Positions 1 through 11,404 of a DNA stretch of 64,000 nucleotides are shown one piece after another. Under the pieces are notes generated by a model that was not told the DNA's origin, made no database searches, and saw only the letters and a list, made by a program, of their open reading frames with translations. Position 1 is the first letter of the stretch. Each line of letters opens with the position of its first letter. The stretch lies in NCBI GenBank assembly GCA_964016885.1, contig OZ024742.1, forward strand, positions 250,666,001-250,730,000, read 5' to 3'. Origin of the DNA: Eledone cirrhosa (taxonomy: Eukaryota). The translations under genes were made by a program, and so were the position numbers.

Positions 1-154
<154 letters not shown>

Positions 155-709
155 ATATACACGCGTACACCATTCATACACGTGTCAATGTGTATGAGGG
201 AAAACGATTAAATAAATCACTAAAATCGCATTTCAACTATCTTGTACCCATATCACGCCACCCTTTTATCTGCACCTTCCACATAACACCACAGGACCAA
301 CCTCTCCACACCTCACCACACTCATCAACCACCTTCCCTCCACACCCCATCCCAGCCCGGCCCTCCCTCCCTCCGCAACACAATGGTGTAAAACTGTCTC
401 AGACAGATGAAGTACTGACCGCAGCTGGAACCTTCCCCTTTCATTCACCCACTCTAACCTGTGATAAGGTGAGGGTAGGAGAGTATCAGGGATAGTCGGG
501 CTGTGAAGGGGATGATGGGCATCTGCAATAACAAGGATCAAAATGATGATGACGATTGTGGTGATGATGGTGGTGACGATGGTGTTGTTTGGCCCTAGGT
601 CAACCTTCATAGAACTGACGTATGATCAATGACATTTCAGCTATAACCATCCCGTCTAAGAATCATACTGCATCTATTAACGCATTATCCAATATTTCTT
701 CCCCGATTC

Positions 710-1180
710 ACGGGGATAGGTGGTCATCCAGTCTCAACGAGATCATTAAGCATAGTTTGGATGTTGCTGACGTCCTAGCGCAGTTTGAACCGATGGGATT
801 AGACCGAGGGGACGGCAAAGGCCAGTTTACATCACAATATTCCCATTCCACGGTGGTAAACCACTCATCTGAGAGCAACATGCAGCGATACGTTTTCCAA
901 CAGTAACCTGGTGAATAAAGCAACAGACCCAGATTTCGTTGCACAACAAGCTGAAAATCGCAAGCTGTTTTATTATTGGCCGCTTCTGATAGGTTTGTCG
1001 CTGGACCTATAGCGATAGGGACCTCTGGCGTTCTTGGTTCTTGATCCGCTTCCCTACCCACTGCTATAGAGATACAGTTGACCACCCGCGAGAGTGAGCC
1101 CCGCGAGTTGAAACGACTATTTCAACGCGTCTCACTCTCTATCCTCCAGGGAAAGGTTTTCTCTGTTCTGTCCGCTGGGA
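710..1180 (+). pseudogene. Decayed CRE-clade (restriction-like endonuclease) non-LTR retrotransposon, 3' coding fragment
   Basis: Manual translation across frameshifts and stops gives SSLNEIIKHSLDVADVLAQFEPMGLDRGDGK / ITIFPFHGGKPLI*..ATCSDTFSNSNL / AQQAENRK / FVAGPIAIGTSGVLG / SEPRELKRLFQRVSLSILQGKVFSVL. This follows the motif order of CRE-type RLE domains (LN.II..L....EP.GL.R.DGKRPDG..W..T..D...AE..K..F.P..ET.G..G...FQR.S..IQRGN). Confidence 0.8.
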
Positions 1181-1734
1181 ACATAAGTCAGCATGCACCT
1201 CGGATTCTGCACACCAGAGAGTGTTTGCCCACATTGTCCATGCATATATCATTGAGGTAGCAATAGCGGTAGTCTATGCACTATTTTTGCATTATTTGTA
1301 TAATTGTTATTGCCTTTGAATACAAATTGTAAAAAATAAAATGATACAATTTTAAGACACAATTTTTTTAACAACAGGTCTGTCATAGAAAAGTGGTTTG
1401 TAACCATTGACTTAGTGCAAGATGAGGAGGTCCAAGTTTGGCGACCTCCTCACGGTGGTCCCTTATGGATCAGCCGAACGACAAAAGCCTGAGACCAACT
1501 CATACGCAAGAAGTACAAGATCACACATTTTGGGACGATGGATTCACTTAAGCCCACTATTTGACTAATATCTTATTTCATCGACCCAAGTAAGATTTGA
1601 ACTTGGAACATAACGGAACAAGACAATATATTTTGTCTTCTACTTTACCAACTATGCCACTGACTGGTCTTCAAATGATATACATACCCAATACACATAG
1701 AGATGCACTAGGTTGTGCAATGAAAGTACACAAT

Positions 1735-2260
1735 TGCCACCACCACCACCACTACATCAGCACAACCACTACACGACATGTACTACAAACACTGCATGAC
1801 ATCACCACTACACATGTACTAGTACCACTATACCACATTACCACTACCCCAGCACTACCACCACTACTTCACATCACCACTACCCAACCGCCGCCACCAC
1901 CCGACATGCACTACCACCACCACCACCACCCGACATGCACTACCACCACCACCACCCGACATGTACCACCACCACCACCACCCGACATGTACCACCACCA
2001 CCCAACATGTACCACCACCACCACCCGACATGTATTACCACCACCACCACCACCACCACCCGACATGTACTACCACCACCACCCGACATGTACCAACACC
2101 ACCCGACATGTATTGCCACTACCACCACCACCACCCGACATGTACTACCATTACCACCACCACCCGACATGCACTACCACCACCACTACATGACCAAGCA
2201 TCACTACACTACCGCCACTACCATCATAGCTCCACATCCATCACACCAACAGTAGCCACT
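1735..2260. repeat. (CAC/CCA)n-derived minisatellite punctuated by CCCGACATG
   Basis: About 11 copies of cccgacatg(t/c)a separated by variable (cca)n between 1899 and 2190, with degenerate flanks. Confidence 0.9.
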
Positions 2261-3165
2261 GTCCAGACACCACCTGCCCATTGTCAGTTAAAGTATTTAG
2301 TATGTTGGTGGTGGTGGTGGCATGGTGGTGCGGTGGTGGTGTGATGTAGTCGTGTGGGAGTCGTGGTAGGGTGGCGGTGGAAGACCGCCTGTCTTCTTCC
2401 TCTTATTGTTAGATACAATAGTTCCTACAAGGAAGCTCTCTGCTGGTGGTGGTGGTGAGGGGGTATGTACATGGGGGTCGGGAGGAGGGAACAGTAGTGA
2501 GGCAGGGACATTTTATAGCAATGAAGTTATGAACTTTAAAGTGGGTGTGGTCGGTACAGCAGTAACGGGGAGAGGGATCTTTTAGTTGTCTTCCAGCAGG
2601 CTACGTTGATGAAGGAGGGACGGGTTACTATTAATGGAACAGCATCACACCACTACATCATCACATCACCACCAACGCCATTGTCAACAGCTTCACACCA
2701 CCATATCACCATACCACTACCACCCCATCATGACCACAACCGCTAGTACACCACCACAACATCACCACCATCCCAACCTACACCACCACCACACCCATTA
2801 CACCATCACTATACCACCTTAACTACACTACCACAACCACTCCCACTACACCAAAGTAAGGCGGGAGGGCTAGAGAAGGAGAGCCGTGTGGAGGGGTTGG
2901 GCAAGGGTAGAGCAACGTTGTTTGCTGAGATTTTTAGATAAAAAAGGAAAACGTTGAGCCTCCTCCTCGTCTGGTTACCACCTGACCTACCTACATATAA
3001 GGGGAGGAGGAGCGGGAGAGACCAGCTGCAGTCTGTGGTAGGTGGCAGAAGTGGAGATATCATGTACAGATATCTTCCATCTTGTAATATGCTGTTGTGG
3101 ACATCATCACCACATCACACTGTCTCAATCCACCTCACCCACCCTAATCTATTACCAACTCATCT

Positions 3166-4312
3166 CACCTCACTCTACCCCATCACACCATATCTCACGT
3201 CACCTCACTCAACCCCATCACACCATATCTCACTCAACCCCATCACACCATATCTCACGTCACCTCACTCAACCCCATCACACCATATCTCACGTCACCT
3301 CACTCAACCCCATCACACCATATCTCACGTCACTTCACTCAACCCCATCACACCATATCTCACGTCACTTCACTCTACCCCATCACACCATATCTCACGT
3401 CACTTCACTCTACCCCATCACACCATATCTCAAGTCACTTCACTCTACCCCATCACACCATATCTCACGTCACCTCACTCAACCCCATCACACCATATCT
3501 CACGTCACTTCACTCTACCCCATCACACCATATCTCAAGTCACTTCACTCTACCCCATCACACCATATCTCACGTCACCTCACTCAACCCCATCACACCA
3601 TATCTCACGTCACTTCACTCAACCCCATCACACCATATCTCACGTCACTTCACTCTACCCCATCACACCATATCTCACGTCACTTCACTCAACCCCATCA
3701 CACCATATCTCACGTCACTTCACTCTACCCCATCACACCATATCTCACGTCACCTCACTCTACCCCATCACACCATATCTCACGTCACCTCACTCAACCC
3801 CATCACACCATATCTCACGTCACCTCACTCTACCCCATCACACCATATCTCACTCTACCCCATCACACCATATCTCACGTCACCTCACTCAACCCCATCA
3901 CACCATATCTCACGTCACCTCACTCTACCCCATCACACCATATCTCAAGTCACTTCACTCTACCCCATCACACCATATCTCACGTCACCTCACTCTACCC
4001 CATCACACCATATCTCACTCTACCCCATCACACCATATCTCACGTCACTTCACTCTACCCCATCACACCATATCTCACGTCACCTCACTCAACCCCATCA
4101 CACCATATCTCACGTCACCTCACTCAACCCCATCACACCATATCTCACGTCACTTCACTCAACCCCATCACACCATATCTCACGTCACTTCACTCAACCC
4201 CATCACACCATATCTCACATCACCTCACTCAACCCCATCACACCATATCTCACATCACCTCACTCAACCCCATCACACTATATATCAAGTCACTTCACTC
4301 AACCTCATCACA
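3166..4312. repeat. 35-bp minisatellite CACGT-CACTT-CACTC-TACCC-CATCA-CACCA-TATCT, with 25-bp deletion variants
   Basis: About 33 near-identical tandem copies. The unit is seven pentamers, and degenerate pentamer repeats continue to about 4480. Confidence 0.97.
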
Positions 4313-4579
4313 CGTCACTTCACTCAACCTCACCTCAACTCACATCACTTCGCTCCATCACATATCACCTCAACGTGCTTTATTCCAATTCAGTCTCCCA
4401 CGCTTCACTGCACTTTACCTTATCCTACATCACTTAGCTCCATCACATCTAACTTCAATCAGCCGCACATCAGTCTATGACATTTCTCTTTAGCTCAACT
4501 CAGTCCTGTCTCACACCAGGAACTTCTTTGTTGACTGAGATGACTCCAGAGTATTGAATGTAATTAATATAATATATAA

Positions 4580-4724
4580 GACACTGAATTGGCAGCATCG
4601 TTAGAATGTCGGACAGAAAACTTTGAGGTATTTGTCTCCGCTCTCCAAGTTCAAGATGAACTTTCTTTTTCATCATTCTAAGGTTGATAAAATAGTACAA
4701 AATCAGTACTGGAGTCGATTCATT
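4580..4724 (+). mobile_element. Old, degenerate tRNA-derived SINE
   Basis: ttggcagcatcgttag head, then remnants of actttc.ttttcatc..aggttgataaaatagtac and agtactggagtcgatt. Collinear with the 63741 copy. Confidence 0.6.
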
Positions 4725-4750
4725 CTCTCTCACACTCTCTCTCTCTCTCT

Positions 4751-4943
4751 AGAAGAAGAAGAAGAAGAAGAAGAAGAAGAAGAAGAAGAAGAAGAAGAAG
4801 AAGAAGAAGAAGAAGAAGAAGAAGAAGAAGAAGAAGAAGAAGAAGAAGAAGAAGAAGAAGAAGAAGAAGAAGAAGAAGAAGAAGAAGAAGAAGAAAAACA
4901 ACAACAACAACAACAACAGCAGCAACAGCAACAACAACAACAA
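4751..4943. repeat. (GAA)n followed by (CAA/CAG)n trinucleotide repeats
   Basis: Direct observation. It accounts for the poly-E/poly-Q pseudo-ORF. Confidence 0.98.
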
Positions 4944-4960
4944 AAAGAAGAAATCAGTTA

Positions 4961-5381
4961 CATTCAGACCTGCAGGGACGATGGAATTCACCTGGTTTTA
5001 AAATGCCCGACGTATAACACAAAGGCGCCCCTAGGAATCCACCAGACTTTGAGGGCCCGTGGAATATGATATATAATAACATATTAGATTTCTAGACAGG
5101 GCAGCATGTTGTGTTCTCCATTTCATATTGCTTTTCTTGATAGGATTGGAGGGGAGGGAGGGGCACCTATCATTAAAATAACTGCGAACCCTCCTATGGG
5201 ATGCCTCCTTATAGGAAGCCAACTAAACCAACATCGGTGTAAGCAGTAAATTTCATTTGTCGTTTCATTAAAAAAGGATAAAGATCCCATAGCTCCTTGT
5301 GGAGTCGTAGAGGTACAGTCATACGGCGTGTCTAGGGCACTTTTAAACCTGGCGGAGCCCAATCCTCTCCAGGTCTGAACA
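4961..5381. mobile_element. MITE-like element with ~50-bp imperfect terminal inverted repeats and TA flanks (Tc1/mariner-like)
   Basis: Left end TA|CATTCAGACCTG..GGTTTTAAAATGCCC. Right end in reverse complement TA|TGTTCAGACCTG..GGTTTAAAAGTGCCC. CA versus TG fits CpG decay. A solo arm is at about 7670-7725. Confidence 0.6.
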
Positions 5382-5410
5382 TAGCCGATTTTTTTTTCTA
5401 TAGAGGAAGA

Positions 5411-5570
5411 ATCGACCCCAGTACTGGACTGGTACTTTATTTACTGACCTCGAAAGGATGAAAGGAAAAGTTGACTACGGCGGGATTTGAACTCAAAGCG
5501 CGCAATGAGGCGGGACGAATACCGTAAAGCATTATTTCCGACATCTTAACGACTCTGCCATTTCCCCGTC
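5411..5570 (-). mobile_element. Old tRNA-derived SINE
   Basis: Reverse complement carries tggcagagtcgttaag (A box-like), gagttcaaatcc (B box) and the ctttcatcctttcgaggtcagtaaataaagtaccag body. Confidence 0.8.
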
Positions 5571-5758
5571 ATAATTGTTTCTACTTTTGGCACAAGGCCA
5601 GCAATTATCCAGTACATTACTGGTACTTTATTTTATCGACCTCTGTATGGATGAAAGGCTAAGTTAACCTCGGCGGGATTTGAACTCAGATCGTAAAGGG
5701 ACGTAACTATGCTGGAAAGCATGTCCGACCCTATATCGATACTGCCAATTCACCGGTC
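5571..5758 (-). mobile_element. tRNA-derived SINE, young ~190-bp family
   Basis: Near full-length match to the 33262-33452 copy. Confidence 0.9.
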
Positions 5759-5766
5759 ATAATAAA

Positions 5767-5850
5767 GGCAATGGATTGGCAGTATCAGTAGAGCGTCGGA
5801 CAACATCTCCCCAAAATTGTTGGCCTAGTGCTTAAATCAGAAACCATTAT
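5767..5850 (+). mobile_element. Internally deleted SINE (head fused to tail)
   Basis: ggattggcagtatcagtagagcgtcggac head joined to an aattgttggcctagtgcttaaatcagaaaccattat tail. Confidence 0.65.
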
Positions 5851-6359
5851 ATAGTATAATATATATTGATACCTGCAGGTCTTCACAACATACAGTATGA
5901 CATACAATGAACAGGTTGTTAAAGTTAGACATTCACATTTACAAAACATAACTTCAATGAACGTACAACAGTTGACATGCACCGATGTTTGCACATAGGT
6001 AACTATAGGAGTAATCGCATGCACATACAGTTACATAACATTACTAACATTCACATGTCTACTACAGAAAGCACATTGCAGAAAGTTACATATTAATTGC
6101 ATACAGCTACTTCCTCATGCACAAACGTATTGCAGACATACAGAAAGAATTACATAACATACAACCGTAATTTCCACACACATATACACACACAGAAACG
6201 CACACGCGCAAATATCTGGATATCTTTGTTCATAAAAACAAATTAATTCCCAATCTAAATAAAGGACTGGATATGTTTATTTAGTTAGAATTTGCAAGAT
6301 TGTTTCAGTACTAATGACCTCATCAGAACCGAGGTTTAGTATATGGTAGCTTTCATTTC

Positions 6360-6361
<2 letters not shown>

Positions 6362-6391
<30 letters not shown>

Positions 6392-6453
6392 CATACATAC
6401 ATACGTACATATATATATATATATATATATACATATACACACACAGACACACA

Positions 6454-6497
<44 letters not shown>

Positions 6498-7170
6498 GCT
6501 ATATGTATATGCATATTTATATATATATATACACATACTATATGTATATTTATTTATATATATATATATATACACACACATACTATATGTATATTTATAT
6601 ATATATATATACACACACATACTATATGTATATTTATATACATATATACACACATACTATATGTATATTTATATATATATACACACATACTATGTGTATA
6701 TTTATATACATATATACACACATACTATATGTATGTTTATATATATATACACACATACTATATGTATATTTATATATATATACACACATACTATATGTAT
6801 ATTTATATATATATACACACATACTATATGTATATTTATATATATATACACACATACTATGTGTATATTTATATACATATATACACACATACTATATGTA
6901 TGTTTATATATATATATACACACATACTATATGTTTATATATATATATACACATACTATATTATGTTTACATATATATATATAGACACATACTATATGTA
7001 TGTTTATATATATATATACACACATTCTATATGTATATTTATATATATACACATTCTATATGTATATTTATATATATACACATTCTATATGTATATATAT
7101 ATATATATACACATTCTAAATGTATATTTATATATATATTCTTATTCTATATATATATATATATATATAT
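6362..7170. repeat. (CATA)n/(TA)n array with a ~30-bp higher-order unit acacacatactatatgtatattt(at)n
   Basis: About 20 variable-length copies. Confidence 0.92.
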
Positions 7171-7565
7171 TGTCATGCCATCTAACGAATGTTATTACTC
7201 TGAGACTCATCATCAAGTGCTTGGCAGCACATTCCTCGTTCCATCTCGTTGGCATGGCTACAGCCGAAGCTTCGATTTTACCAAACTTTCATTTATATAT
7301 ATTATATATATAGACAATATATCTGTGTGTAATATATATATATATATATATATATACGTGTGTGTGTGTGTGTGCGTGTTGGTGGGTGTGTTGCTATGTA
7401 TGTATAAAAATGATCACTATATTATGTGTGTGTATATATATATATACATATATATATATGATACATTAGATGTACGTATAAAAATGTATACTATATGTAA
7501 CTACAAACACACACACACATATATTTATGTCTGTGTGTGTGTATGTGCGTACGAGTGGATTGGTG

Positions 7566-7633
<68 letters not shown>

Positions 7634-8476
7634 CTCTCTCCGTGTGTGTGTGTGTTAACGAAATCGTCTGTGCTCAGGCCTAAAGAGAAATGGGCTCCGC
7701 CAGGTTTAAAATGCCCAATATACGCCACTATGATTATCAGGAATTAAGCGCCCTTTACTTTTTTTTATGCTTGTATGTATACATAAATATGCATAAACAA
7801 CCGACAAATAAAGCATATTCTATGTGAATAAACTAGCAGTTTAACAAAACTTTGAATGCTAAAAGACAATGAGAAGTACCTGATGCAACACTGATCCAGC
7901 GAGGAGTCACTCGGTAGCATTCTAGAAGAGATATTAAGATAGATCTTTACATATGTACCATAGTTTCACAATATCACAATTTTTTTAATAATGAGGGCTC
8001 ACTGGGAAAGCATTCTCGGGGAAATATTAAGACATATCTTTACATGTGTATCATAGTTTCATGGATAATGAGGATTTAATGGGAAAACACTCTCAAAGTT
8101 AATAGCTTCAACACACATTGTTTTTACTGAAGAATAGTCTCACATGTTGTGCATACAGACGGAAATAGTGGTCAGCACCTGCAGAACAGTCCAAATTTTA
8201 GAGTGATCAGAGTTGCCTAGGAGATTCGAACTCTCACCTGCCCTACATTTTAAAAATAGATTATTTACATACTGGCCGATTGATAAGGCTTTTAAATAAG
8301 GAAAAAGATTCGTCAGCTCAGGTGGCAAAGTCGTCCGGCAAGTGTGTGTTCCATGTCAATGAGCGTGGCTGGTCACTGTTTTCTGCCTCAAGTACATGCC
8401 CATTTTGTTAGACTATTTTTCTTAGTCCAAGTCTTGAGTTGAAACTGGTTATATATATATATATATATATATATAT

Positions 8477-8670
8477 AACGAAGGAGGTGTGGTAAGGAAC
8501 CAGAAGGACCATAACGCACCAGAGTACTCAATACTTAGGATAGTAGAGTGGGTAATAGGAAAAAGTTTAATCCCGACCACAGAGCTGAAGCCGTTTCGTT
8601 TCGACGGCTAATCCAGAAATAGCCGTCGAAACGGCTTGAGCTCTGCCGTCGGGGTGAAACTTTTTCCTAT
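8477..8670 (-). mobile_element. TA-embedded Penelope-like 3' terminal fragment with fold-back palindrome (family A)
   Basis: Flanked by (TA)n on both sides. Inverted repeat at 8555-8670. Homologous to 22933-23131, 29386-29531 and 10241-10306. Confidence 0.7.
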
Positions 8671-9263
8671 ATATATATATATATATATAGGTTTGAAGCG
8701 AAGAGTGTATATGCATTTTCATAAAATTGTAGGATTCTCAGCATGATGGGTAGCTGTAAATAGCTGATTACTATATGTATAGTAAAAATTCGGGTTATAA
8801 CCACATACTGAGCGGAGGAACGGAGAGAGTGAGAGAAAGGAAAAAAAAGAGTTTAAAGCATGAGATGAGAAATGAGAGGGGTATAGAGAGAGAGGGGAGA
8901 AGGGAAAAGCGGTAATGAGATCGATGGAGCAGAACTTTTGGAGAATTGCGAAAAAATAATGGAAAAAAGATGATGAAAATAAATTAACAAGAAAAATAGA
9001 ACTTTAGCGTCATGTAACCGCATGAGCTTCCTTCTAGACCACAAGGTTTCTCGCGGGAGAAAAAAAGAAGGATCATGTATATAAGGCTAGCCCGCGCAAC
9101 AGAACCTAATTCCTATTGGTCTGACGCTGGAATAGGGGAACAAGAGAGCAGTCAGGTACGTCTATAACGAGCCGTGGTCGACAGGATAAGAGGCTGTCTG
9201 TTATTCTGGCGGGAACAGCAGCAGCAGTAGGCGACAAGAGAGTGGAAGTATCAGCAGCAGCAG

Positions 9264-9385
9264 TTTCCGTCTACCATATTTCATTCACAAGGTATTGGTC
9301 AACCTATAAGTATAGTAGAAGACACTTGCCCAGAACCACGTGTTTGCGAAGCGAACTTTTTAACCACATAACCATGCCTGCGCCT
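9264..9385 (-). mobile_element. Second tRNA-derived SINE family, internally deleted
   Basis: Reverse complement aggcgcaggcatggttatgtggttaaaaagttcgc...tgggcaagtgtcttctactata...ccttgtgaatgaaatatggtagacggaaac resembles, from memory, an abundant octopus SINE. Confidence 0.65.
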
Positions 9386-9995
9386 ACAGACTTAAATTTA
9401 ATTTGTTTTGTTTTTCATTAATATATTCTATGTTGTTTTTTTCCCCATGCTCTTTTATTCTTTCTGTCTTTGGGATTTAGAACGAAAGTTAAAACCTGAG
9501 ACGTTGAGTATCTGAAACTCTGTACCGAGAGGTTTGTCTATAGTTACTGACATAGAAGAAATACGAAATGAATTGAATTTAATGGTATAAACATAACGCG
9601 TTGACTAACTTGGGGAGAAAAATGAAAGAGAAAACGAAAAAATAGAAAGACACATTTTTTACATTAACGCTGGCTTCTCTTACTTTACACGAAGAAAACC
9701 TGAACACCCAGCCAAAGAACTGTTTCTATTTGAAATAAAACAAATAATGACTGCCGCAATGGGAAAATATTCAAATAGCACGAGATGGTTGTGATATGTG
9801 AAACATAAGACACATTTTCATGTGTCTACGGGAGAATAAGATGGCTACATATGTCCTGCTACGTTGAAACCTGGACACTCAAAGATGCATGATATCAAAG
9901 GAAACAAGAAAAGGAGAAAACGGGAGTATCTCCATATCTAGATTTACAGTTTGGTGGAATATAGTAACGGCAACCTTAGACACTGAGACAATCAT

Positions 9996-10221
9996 TATAT
10001 AGAGGGGAAGGACACAGGAGAGTGTGTTTTTCATTACAGGAACTTCGAACCACCAGTGTGAGAATATATTCTTCTCACGCTGGTGGTTCAAAATTCCTGT
10101 AATGAAAAACACACTCTCCTGTGTCTTTCCCCTCTATATATTGCCCAGGAAAACTATTTCCTTTGAGCTCATTTAATTACAGGATTATACGCGAGTCCTC
10201 CTTTGCTCGGTTATTTTTACT
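9996..10221 (+). mobile_element. Fold-back element: ~70-bp-arm palindrome plus a unique 3' tail ending in (TA)n
   Basis: 9996-10065 is the reverse complement of 10071-10140 with few mismatches. The tail 10141-10221 runs into TA. Confidence 0.7.
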
Positions 10222-10240
10222 ATATATATATATATATATA

Positions 10241-10306
10241 TACCCTAGGTATTGAGTACTCTGGTGCGTTATGGTCCATCTGGTTCCTTACCACAACTCC
10301 TTCGTT
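10241..10306 (+). mobile_element. Family A 3'-most fragment in (TA)n
   Basis: Reverse complement of about 8477-8540. Confidence 0.85.
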
Positions 10307-10324
10307 ATATATATATATATATAT

Positions 10325-10465
10325 CGAATATAGTTCAAGAATAAACAAAAGAAACAGATGCAAAGCACAAAGTCTTAGGTTCACACAAGGGAATGAAGAT
10401 AAAGAACGAAGTAAATAAATGTCTCAATATATTGGACACAAGGCCTTCATCAGGACAAAGAAAGT

Positions 10466-10466
<1 letters not shown>
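10325..10466 (-). mobile_element. Penelope-like terminal fragment with decayed minimal hammerhead
   Basis: Reverse complement CTGATGA-a-ggcc-ttgt-gtcc-aata. Homologous to 27900-28006. Confidence 0.55.

Positions 10467-10554
<88 letters not shown>
10467..10554. repeat. (AG)n microsatellite
   Basis: Direct observation. Other (AG)n/(CT)n runs are at 7569-7629, 10980-11047, 27114-27202 and 29529-29598. Confidence 0.98.
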
Positions 10555-10555
<1 letters not shown>

Positions 10556-10967
10556 ATGAAGACATGCACAAAATCAATCAATACCAGCCGTACTCTAAGT
10601 CTACAAAACTCAACAATTTCAGAAAGATAAAACTCTTGTTTAACATTTATTACAGGCGAAAGATTTAAAGATAGACGAATTTACGAATGAAACAACTACT
10701 GCAGTAACAGCAAGAAACAGATAGAGAGGAAGGGGAAGAAACAACAACGTTAACTAAGCTATGGAAGTTGTCATTAAGGAAGAGAAGGAGATATCAAAAG
10801 ACCGTAAGTATAAAATAGGTGCAGAAGTTTGGAGCAGAGATTGTATAAACAGTGGGAATAATGGCGGGAGAGGTGTGCTAGAGGGAGAGGTGTGCTAGAG
10901 GGAGAAAGTGGAAAGAGACGGAAAAGGGCAAAGAAAGTGAGTGGTAGGAAGAGGAATGGAGACAGGG

Positions 10968-11051
<84 letters not shown>

Positions 11052-11145
11052 CAAACACCAGAAATACTCTGAGTAAATATACAGAAAGTTGGAAAATTTT
11101 AGTTACTGAAATTGCATTCCTGCTTTATGATATATGCACACGTGT

Positions 11146-11307
11146 GTATGTATGTATGTACGTACGTACGTATGTATGTACGTATGTATGTATGTATGTA
11201 CGTATGTATGTACGTATGTATGTATGTACGTATGTATGTATTTACGTACGTACGTATGTATATATATGTGCGTATGTATGTATGTGTGTGTGCGTGTGTG
11301 TTGTGTG

Positions 11308-11400
<93 letters not shown>
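11146..11400. repeat. (TATG/TACG)n followed by (GT)n
   Basis: Direct observation. Confidence 0.95.

Positions 11401-11404
<4 letters not shown>

Noticed and set aside
708-1085. 125-aa minus-strand ORF as a host exon
   Set aside because: It is the antisense shadow of the CRE remnant on the plus strand.
1423-1452. Hairpin tgaggaggtc..gacctcctca
   Set aside because: It is an isolated 10-bp stem with no hammerhead core and no second copy.
2954-4493. 508-aa and 483-aa ORFs, and a CRISPR-like appearance
   Set aside because: This is a head-to-tail 35-bp tandem repeat with no unique spacers or cas genes. The ORFs are repeat artefacts.
7250-7275. ggctacagccgaagcttcg, and similar GAAAC-like motifs near 27500 and 38230
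   Set aside because: The resemblance to hammerhead halves is only partial and too short to distinguish from chance.
8275-8318. Hammerhead-like ttgataa..aaaaagattcgtcagc
   Set aside because: Helix II pairs poorly and GAAA and the cleavage triplet are not intact. It may be a decayed copy but cannot be supported.
9013-9217. Possible solo LTR (TGTAACCGC..GCGGGAACA, internal TATATAAG)
   Set aside because: There is no target-site duplication and no second copy in the window.
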